A stretch of 64,000 nucleotides of DNA from Daphnia carinata (lineage: Eukaryota), in contig NC_081332.1 in assembly GCF_022539665.2 (NCBI RefSeq), positions 4,898,001 to 4,962,000 of the forward strand. Reading direction: 5' to 3'. How positions within the stretch are numbered: the first letter of the stretch is position 1; the number at the start of each line of letters is the position of its first letter. The notes under the pieces were generated by a model. That model searched no databases. It was not told where the DNA came from and worked only from the letters and a program-made list of their open reading frames with translations. A program made the translations under genes and the position numbers. Shown one piece after another: positions 50,606 to 60,505 of the stretch.

Positions 50606-53600
50606 GTTTTACACCAAAAAAAAAATTTCGCCCAAAAAAAAAAAAAATCACACTTTTTTCTTTTTTTCCGACACGTAGCCATCTACCGCTCAGACTCCTT
50701 ATTACTGGCGTAGGCAATTTCAGTCCATTGGATGCCATTCGCAGTTAGGTCAGTAGCGTGGATGGAGAATAACGTGTGGCTGGAGGAACAATTGAAAAAT
50801 GGATAAGATTATACAACAAAAGGATGGTAAGTATAAACATTATTGTGTTGGTTTTCAATTATTAATTATTGTTTATTATATCAAATTATGAAGCTGCAGG
50901 CCCAATTATTGGAACAACACAAAATATTAGATAACAGCAAAGCTAAGGATGGTGAGGCCTAATACGTAATGATTCTATTTATTTGCTTTTATTCATTTGT
51001 GTTTTGTAGCTCAAATTTTGAGTCTACAAGCTCAGCTAGGGGAAAAGAACAAATTGGAACGGAACAGTTTCCAAACAGTGAAGGAATTTTTTCCAAACTC
51101 ATCCCTAACTGAACTTGAGGATGAATTGGCATTAGGCGAACACAGTCAGGTACCTAAACTTTTCAAATAAGAATTCAAAATAAGTATAGAATTTTAACAA
51201 ACAATTATTTATTGTTTAGTTATTCAGTCTACCACCTGACGGTGTGTTAAAGTTAAATTCTGTTAGTGCTGCACTAAAAGAATTGTTAGTAATAAGTCCA
51301 TGCAGCGAAGGAAGTGAACAATTGTGGGACCGTATTTGGGCTGAAAATGGGTGTGGTACGGAAACCCAGAAATAGCACGAGTTCAACATAAAACATGAAT
51401 TAGGTACTTTTCGGTTTTTTGTCTATCGAAAAAGTATTTTTAATGCTATTATTTTGCATTCACAGAATTTTAGTGGGGGATCAAGTCAAGTCTGGAAGTG
51501 TTACAGGATGGAAGAGTGAGCCTACAGTTGAAAAACACTGAAAGTGCATTACCATTAAGGTATGAGGTAAAGTAATAGAGTATGCAAATTGTCTAATGAG
51601 AAGTACCATCTTGTGTGAATGAATCCTGTGTAACAGCAATCCTTTATAGTTCTGTTATAGCTAGAAGCCTCAAATAATTCTGCTTCTCTTGCTAAAGGAC
51701 AACTTGTCCTTTACGTTCAGAGTGTTGGTGAAGCTGGGTACTTAAATGGCCCTAAAGATGTTTCATTTCGTTGGCATTGCAGCGATGAACATCATACATG
51801 GACTTTTTAGGTATGAAAGGAATTTTCTTGAAAATTTTTTGAATTTATGATAAAGCATTTCTCCTGCTTTTTGCCAACCATGTCTAATCTAAAAAAAAAT
51901 TTATCCAATAGGAAAGGATTTTCAGCATACTGGGAACACAACTATCAACAATGCAACATTCTAGGGGTGCTATTTTATCATTCAAGATCCTTATACAATG
52001 ATCTTCATCTGCAATTTGTATGGCCTTTCCCAAGCTTCTGCCAGAAGTTGAATCTATAAGTCATGTAAGTCACATGATCAACAATTGATATGTTTAATGG
52101 TGTTGTTTTTCTTTTCTCAATATAGGTTAATAGTAACATTGGATCTGAAAAGATTCTTGGTTGGGGCAAGACACTGAATAAATTGTATTGATTGGATGGA
52201 TGACATGACATTTCTATACTTAATTCGGATTCCCCAGACGGTATTTGATATTTAAAAAATTGAAGTGCATATCTGGGCTCCCTTCCTTTCCGTAGCCCCG
52301 TTTCCCCTTGACTCATAATAAGCCCGTAGGGGGTCATGCCCCTACTGTACGGTATATATAAAAACAACATATACCGAGGTTTGGAGGGCTCTGGCCGGAA
52401 AGGGGACGTGGATGTCCGCTTAGTCCGATGATGTGTTCACGGAGGGCTCTGTGGCTACCCACAAATCCGAACTAAAGGTTAATCGCTCCTGTAAAAATGT
52501 TCCAAATCTTCAGCTCTTCTTCCGGCTTCTCTTAGCCAATCACCGGGTAATCTCCCCGGTGGGTCAACAAGGCAGTGTCTCCCCCTGCCTGGGTTGACGG
52601 CAACTTTTGAAAGGGCTATTGTGCCTTTTTAAAGTTGCAAAAATTATTGTAATGTGCAGAGAATTGTCAATAAAATTTTATTTATAAAATATTTTTTTGC
52701 AAAATTTGTTTCTTCCATTGTCTGTGTTAGCCGTGTTCACACATTACATTTACCAACTTTTTTTTTATTGCTTTGCTTTATTTGTTTTCATCACCTTTGA
52801 TGGTAAGCATTGTTTCCATTGGTTTATCGTTTATCTGAAAGTATTCAATTATTATTTATTACACTCTTCGAATTCTTCAACTTATATTCAAGGAACAACG
52901 TGTAATATCTGGATATTTTTTGAAGTAATTTTGTATTTTGTTTTACTCGTATGGGAACCGATCCCCAGACATTCAGCGTGCAACGCCGATGCTCTAACAT
53001 TGAGCCACGAGATATATCTAAATATTTTATTATCGCATATCATATGTTATCGTCTAGATGTTTATGCAGTCTTTCACAACTATATGTTTATCTTTCTAAT
53101 TTTTTCATAAGGTTCATAGCTCTGTGGTAGAGCCTTTAGCTGCGATACCTGTTATCCTGGGTTCAAACCTTAGTAGACGTGTAAGAATGAAGTAGAATAA
53201 ATGGAGAAGAGTATATCGTAGAATTGCTTTTCAGTTTTATTGTAAGTGTAAATGCAAGTCCACAAGTGACTAGAAAAAAGCCAACTTGTCATCATAAGAT
53301 TCATGGCTCATTGGTAGAGCATAGGCGCGTTGTGCCGAACATCCCGGTTCGATCCCCCAATTCAATGGAAACAATGCGTACCATGAAAGATGATAAAAAC
53401 AAATAAAGCAATATAAAAAAAGTTGATGTATGTAATGTGTGAACACAGCTAACACAGACAATGGAAGAAACAAATTTTGCAAAAAAATATTTTATAAATA
53501 AAATTTTATTGACAATTCTCTGCACATTACAATAATTTTTGCAACTTTAAAAAGGCACAATAGCCCTTTCAAAAGTTGCCGTCAACCCAGGCAGGGGGAG

Positions 53601-55595
53601 ACACTGCCTTGTTGACCCACCGGGGAGATTACCCGGTGATTGGCTAAGAGAAGCCGGAAGAAGAGCTGAAGATTTGGAACATTTTTACAGGAGCGATTAA
53701 CCTTTAGTTCGGATTTGTGGGCAGCCACGTCACCCTCCGTGAACACATCATCGGACGAAGCGGCACCCCACGTCCCCTTTCCGGCCAGAGCCCTCCAAAC
53801 CTCGGTATATGTTGTTTTTATATATACCGTACAGTAGGGGCATGACCCCCTACGGGCTTATTATGAGTCAAGGGGAAACGGGGCTACGGAAAGGAAGGGA
53901 GCCCAGATATGCACTTCAATTTTTTTAATATCAAATACCGTCTGGGGAATCCGAATTAAGTATAGAAATGTCATGTCATCCATCCAATCAATACAATTTA
54001 TTCAGTGTCTTGCCCCAACCAAGAATCTTTTCAGATCCAATGTTACTATTAACCTATATTGAGAAAAGAAAAACAACACCATTAAACATATCAATTGTTG
54101 ATCATGTGACTTACATGACTTATAGATTCAACTTCTGGCAGAAGCTTGGGAAAGGCCATACAAATTGCAGATGAAGATCATTGTATAAGGATCTTGAATG
54201 ATAAAATAGCACCCCTAGAATGTTGCATTGTTGATAGTTGTGTTCCCAGTATGCTGAAAATCCTTTCCTATTGGATAAATTTTTTTTTTAGATTAGACAT
54301 GGTTGGCAAAAAGCAGGAGAAATGCTTTATCATAAATTCAAAAAATTTTCAAGAAAATTCCTTTCATACCTAAAAAGTCCATGTATGATGTTCATCGCTG
54401 CAATGCCAACGAAATGAAACATCTTTAGGGCCATTTAAGTACCCAGCTTCACCAACACTCTGAACGTAAAGGACAAGTTGTCCTTTAGCAAGAGAAGCAG
54501 AATTATTTGAGGCTTCTAGCTATAACAGAACTATAAAGGATTGCTGTTACACAGGATTCATTCACACAAGATGGTACTTCTCATTAGACAATTTGCATAC
54601 TCTATTACTTTACCTCATACCTTAATGGTAATGCACTTTCAGTGTTTTTCAACTGTAGGCTCACTCTTCCATCCTGTAACACTTCCAGACTTGACTTGAT
54701 CCCCCACTAAAATTCTGTGAATGCAAAATAATAGCATTAAAAATACTTTTTCGATAGACAAAAAACCGAAAAGTACCTAATTCATGTTTTATGTTGAACT
54801 CGTGCTATTTCTGGGTTTCCGTACCACACCCATTTTCAGCCCAAATACGGTCCCACAATTGTTCACTTCCTTCGCTGCATGGACTTATTACTAACAATTC
54901 TTTTAGTGCAGCACTAACAGAATTTAACTTTAACACACCGTCAGGTGGTAGACTGAATAACTAAACAATAAATAATTGTTTGTTAAAATTCTATACTTAT
55001 TTTGAATTCTTATTTGAAAAGTTTAGGTACCTGACTGTGTTCGCCTAATGCCAATTCATCCTCAAGTTCAGTTAGGGATGAGTTTGGAAAAAATTCCTTC
55101 ACTGTTTGGAAACTGTTCCGTTCCAATTTGTTCTTTTCCCCTAGCTGAGCTTGTAGACTCAAAATTTGAGCTACAAAACACAAATGAATAAAAGCAAATA
55201 AATAGAATCATTACGTATTAGGCCTCACCATCCTTAGCTTTGCTGTTATCTAATATTTTGTGTTGTTCCAATAATTGGGCCTGCAGCTTCATAATTTGAT
55301 CTAATAAACAATAATTAATAATTGAAAACCAACACAATAATGTTTATACTTACCATCCTTTTGTTGTATTATCTTATCCATTTTTCAATTGTTCCTCCAG
55401 CCACGCGCCACGCGTTATTCTCCATCCACGCTACTGAACTAACTGCGAATGGCATCCAGTGGACTGAAATTGCCTACGCCAGTAATAACTTGTCTGAGCG
55501 GTAGATGGCTACGTGTCGGAAAAAAAGAAAAAAGTGTGATTTTTTTTTTTTTTTTGCGTTATTATTTTTTTGTGTGTGTAAAACGGATTGCCATA
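50606..55595. mobile_element. Foldback element unit B: arms 50606-~52822 and ~53362-55595; its first 17 nt appear displaced to 45709-45725
   Basis: Direct-orientation homolog of unit A (loop in the same orientation); near-identical arms; right terminus TGTAAAACGGATTGCCATA. Confidence 0.88.
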
Positions 55596-55676
55596 GATTG
55601 CCATAAGCGCATAATTGAAAAACCGCATCAGTAACAGCAACGAAAAAAAAGAAATATATTGTTTTGCTAATCGCGC

Positions 55677-55719
55677 TAGCGCTGTAGTGTACTGGCGGCG
55701 CCAGTACACTACAGCGCTA
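55677..55719. repeat. Perfect 21-bp inverted repeat with 1-nt spacer
   Basis: TAGCGCTGTAGTGTACTGGCG-G-CGCCAGTACACTACAGCGCTA. Confidence 0.95.
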
Positions 55720-55869
55720 ACGTGACACATCAATATTTTACATTACTCAAAAACTCAAAACTCTAAGTAAAAACAACTTCCATTTTCGTGTTCCTTGGTT
55801 AATTTTGAATCAGAATCATGTACAGTTATCTAGATTTAATGATATTATTTTTTAATAGGACAAAATTTT

Positions 55870-56225
55870 AAGCCCGACAAAATAAGCCCGGCCTTCTGTT
55901 TTTTTTTTTTTTTGTTTAATTCAAAAACTATAAGGCCAATTAAAAAATAAGCTTTATATTCGTGATTAGTATTTCATTCTACATCAAAATCATGTATTTT
56001 AAGCCAAATTTGAAATTTGGCCAAAAATGAAAAAGTAGGAAGGCTATAGCCTTCTCACTTTTCCAATTTTCGTCAAATTCTAGATTTGGTTAAAACTACA
56101 TTATTTTGATTGGAAATTGATCGCTTATCACGAAAATGGGGTATATTTTTATATTGGGCTTATAGTTCATGAATTAACTGTAAAAAACAAAAAATTAAGA
56201 AGTGTCTAATAGATTTTGTCGGTTG
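55870..56225. mobile_element. Old imperfect palindrome, MITE-like
   Basis: Centred on AAGGCTATAGCCTT (56040-56053); 55918-56046 aligns to the reverse complement of 56047-56175 with many mismatches; outer match CCGACAAAAT/ATTTTGTCGG. Confidence 0.6.
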
Positions 56226-56779
56226 TCGTAAAAGGTATGGGAATTATATACAGATTACAAGGAACCTTCAATCGGGATTACGGATTAGTTGAAATGTATA
56301 AGATATATTTCCATTTTGACATGATAACCAACCAATGTGACATATTTAGAAATCACACACATCATGATTAATTGCGAAGTTGTTTACAGCGGTATGATAT
56401 AACGGAGCAAGTAATCGTAAGTTCATTCTGTATGTTTTGAAACAACAAAGATCCTTGCCAAATGTTAAATAATCAAGTTATGTACAGCCAGTGGAGGGTA
56501 GTTGGTAAAAATAGTGATATCGAAGAATGTGAAATCAACCAGTTTTCTCCGAAATATCAGAGTATATTTAGTGAAAAACCAAACGTTTTTTTTTTTATTA
56601 ACTTTTTTCGTGTTGCTGTTATAGAAATCCAGAGAGAATAGAAATAACATTTTGCAGAGATTTTATCCTGTATACATGAATGATGATCCAACTAGTAAGC
56701 GAAAAACTATATACATTCCAATACGATGTCAATGGCCCTGATCATCGAATGCGTAGCAGCGAGAAAACGAAGTTCCTTT

Positions 56780-57871
56780 CTAGCCGTAATAGTAGTGACT
56801 GTTATTCCCGTTGCGGATGAAACTACGAGGGTGCGTATCGCCTTCTTCGACAGTGGAACGTCGTATTGTGCCCACACCACCGTGCTGCCCGGAGTAGCCG
56901 TATTGCGTAGAATAAACACCTTCGGCACTGGGGACGGGTCCTGTAGTCATTGTTCCGTTCAAGCTGGTGAGTTCGGAAAGGAGTGGCGGAGGAGGCGGCA
57001 GAGATAAGCTGGTCAAGTCAATGTCATTATCCACGTCACTAACGTCATCAGCAAAGGCCGGTATGGGATCGGAAGAGTGAAGCGATTTTGCCTCTCGTCG
57101 TCCTCGTCGTTTTTGCCACCACATCCGGGCTATCAGTAAGGTCAACACCACAAGAATTCCGGCTGCAATGCTTAGCGTCAGATAGAGGATGAATTTTTCT
57201 TGATTCTCTGTAACATTCAACGAAGAGCGCTACATTAGTTTTCAACGGAAGAACGTTCGTTCAGCGCGCATCGTAACGCGGTAAATGAGATTTTCAACAA
57301 CTATGACGTGTAGTGAATGTGCTGAAAACGTGTTAGAGGACCTTTCAAAAGACTCGGCCTAAGAGAGGCAGTGCATTGGATAATCGTGAAACAGTTGCAA
57401 AGACGTTGGGGTAACATTTTTCCCCACGCATTCTCTTCCTGCCTCTGTATCTCTCTCTCTCTCTCTCGTTCTCTCTCTCTCTCTCTGTCTAGTTTCTTTC
57501 TTCATGATCAATCAACTCACCTGAGAGCTCCGTGTTTGCCATTATTTACAATACCTTTCATAAACGATACAGATGTGATCCAATCTGTGATGAAACCAAA
57601 GACGTTCTGCTGCGACGAGTTGGCTTGGATGTCCAGTCCGTTACCGCGTGCCGCGTTGCTGTCCCGATCGGAAGGCTGCGGCCATTCCTGTCGACGGCGG
57701 GAGTCCCTGTGGCCACCGCCGCCGTCACTTCCAATATCGCCTAGCATGTCATCAACATCTACGACGACGCCGGCATCGCCTAGGTTGATTTGTTACACAT
57801 ATGTACACATCACAATAGTTGATTTGAGAACCCCCGTCACATCCCTTCTACTTGATTCAATTCGGACTCGA

Positions 57872-57932
<61 letters not shown>

Positions 57933-60505
57933 AAGACAGATAAAGAGAAAGAAACAGATGAAAGTAAAAAAAAAAAGAGGAGAAAGTGAAGATGCATTCT
58001 GCAGTTGGAATGCAAAACTATTGACACAATAAAGCAGCAAAAACATGCTAGGTGCAGCTTTGCCGGTATTTGAATTGGTCCGCTCGTGTCGGAATTCGTG
58101 ATACACGCAATCAAGTTGCCATAGAGAACCTGCGAGTTTGTGCACGATAACGCCAACAAACATGCTTGGCTTAAAACACATCCAGTCAAGAGACGGACGT
58201 GACTGCTTGAAAAGAAAGAAGGTTCGACTAGAGGGCAAACATTAAGTGCATGACAAGTCGTTCCGAAAACAAAAGCCATGCGCCGTGCAAAATAGAGCGG
58301 CTCGATCGATTTTTTTAGTATAGAGAAATTACCGATAAATCCGCCACGCTTGGCTTGCTGGTCGCCGAAAGGTCGGTCCGTCGTTCTGTAGTTATTCGCT
58401 TGGTCGTAATTGCTAGCGTCATCTTGCGCTGCGACGTGTCGAGGAGGAATGGACGTGGCAGACGAAACCGGTTCGGCGTAGTCTTCCGATTCGAATGAGT
58501 TCTCGCTCATCAGGTCCTCATTGTCGAACGACGTTTGATGATCCGGCACTTCATCATCTTCCAGCTCTCCTTGGTAATGATCTTTCAAGATCTTCCGTGA
58601 AACTGAAACGATCGTCATTTTTGCATTGAAGACAAAGTATTCCAACTGCCATTATGTTTAGAGGGTCCGTAAAATGAATTACCACAAGTGTAGACGACTC
58701 GGAGGTAAAGGTGAGATTGGGGACTGCAAGGGTTTCCGAAAGTAGAGGACGATGCGTTCAGGGTACACCGGCGTTTGCCGTGACACATTTGCATGACCGT
58801 CTCCGTTGAAAAGCTGGCTTCACAAGCTGAAAGAAAAAAAAGAAATACGTTAGAGATGGCTGAAAACGTGGCTTGTGTTTTATGTCTAAAGTTGCACTTT
58901 GATCAAACTTGGCTCGTAAAGTCGTCCTCATTTGGCAGTACGTGTATAGGTGAATACGAAGTCAATCGAAGGTGATTTGAATGTTGTACTTCTAGCGAAA
59001 GAAAAATCCACGTATCGATTTTTGAAGTTTACTTTGTAAGTTGAAGGCATTATTGAAACTTTCGGAAAATGGCTGTAAAGGAGAACTTATTGCCACAACT
59101 TTTAAGAATGGCATAGGCCTACGCTTATTATCGGGCTTTCTGTTGTTCACGTTTGACAGTTTGATTCCTTCATCAACGATACATTGCAGCAGGCATTTGA
59201 TTGAGTACTAGGATTTGCGTGTCTTTGAATGATTGCACAAACTTTTCTTTTTTTTCCCTTTAAACCTGAAAACAACAAGAACGTCATAGTCACGAAACGT
59301 TAGCGTTCTACCGTCACATCACCCAATTGTTTCCACCCGCGCAATCCTTAACTTTGGAGCTGTTTTTAACATTTTCAATTCCGTACAAAAATCGATCAAC
59401 GTGCCCCATCAAACTTACATAAAATCAGCTAATGGTTAACCTCCTGCTGACCTATTCCCTCCTACACGTAAATCCATTAATGATCTCTAACGAGTCACGT
59501 GAGGGTTCTTATCCCATCGTACAGTTCAGCTTGACAGGGACCGTTTGCACGCCACCCATGTCACTGTCGATTCGGCACACATACAGGTATCCTTATTAGC
59601 GGATTAACTGCCAACCCTAATCAGTGAATAACGCAGGTGAAGCTTACGGTGCTAAAAGACTAAGCAATAAGCCGATTAAGTACCATAATGAAACGTTAAA
59701 AATGCACGCGGTGTGGTGTTTGGGCGTATACGCAGGTGGGTTCTGTTCGCCGTCTCTTATAATATAAATGTAAAATTTGTTCTCTCCGTTCGCAATGGGC
59801 AATGGCTTCAATAAAAACTAAACGACAGATGGCAGTTGAGCACAGTTTCGTGAAAGAAGAGGGGACACTTACTCTCATCGTCGACTCCGGGCGGCTGGAG
59901 GCACTGGGCGCTCTGGAATTGAACACGCCCAAAAGTGGCCGAATAGATGGCAATGCGAGCGTTTCGTTTGCATTTCAGCTGGATCGTTTCGTTCTCGCAA
60001 ATGATTTTACTCCGGAATTCCAGCGGACGGCACTTGTAAGCCACTTCGACAAACTTTGGCGGTTGGCCAGGACACGATGGAGAAGCTGGAACAACAACAG
60101 CCGTGTCTTTGCTATTGCTCGGCGATGTAGTAAATTTGCAGTGTCTCTTCTTCATGCAGGCTTCGACTACGGTTTGAAGTAACGCGTGCTAAAATCATGC
60201 GGATTAAATCATTAAACAATGTCGGACTTGGAATTTGAAAATCGATCAAGTTCATACCTGCATCTGAGGAGTCAGTGTGCACGTGTCGTTGTTTGCATTT
60301 TGCTGCAATTGATTCCCGTCAACGGCTGTCAAAGCGGGCGGATCGGGCGGATGCTGTTGTTGCGAACAGAGTGCCACGCCCGGCGCTGGCCTTCCGTATT
60401 GTGCCAGCTGGATGGAAACGGCCGTGCCCAGGGGACAGCGAAGCGTCAAAGTCTCACCGTCACATGCGGCTCGCTGAATAGTTCGCAACGTTCCCGACAG
60501 GAGAG
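56780..60505 (-). CDS. eva-1: Eva-1 homolog (two SUEL/galactose-binding lectin domains plus TM); 5' exon(s) not located
   Basis: LLSGTLRTIQRAACDGETLTLRCP, PSCPGQPPKFVEVAYKCRPLEFRSKIICENE, ARIAIYSATFGR, and TM EKFILYLTLSIAAGILVVLTLLIARMWW. Exons ~60505-60257, 60188-59871, 58828-58682, 58604-58324, 57783-57520, 57210-56780. Confidence 0.88.
57450..57486. repeat. Interrupted (CT)n microsatellite in an eva-1 intron
   Basis: Directly visible. Confidence 0.9.
57876..57932. repeat. (GA)n microsatellite in an eva-1 intron
   Basis: Directly visible, about 28 units with one interruption. Confidence 0.95.

Noticed and set aside
48065..53360. Functional tRNA genes in the foldback loops
   Set aside because: Acceptor stems are missing or mismatched and anticodon loops are non-canonical, so they are kept only as tRNA-like modules.
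45709..55605. Pure long-read fold-back assembly artefact
   Set aside because: Arms differ by substitutions and indels, termini are precise, and both units share a distinct loop. Not fully excluded without reads.
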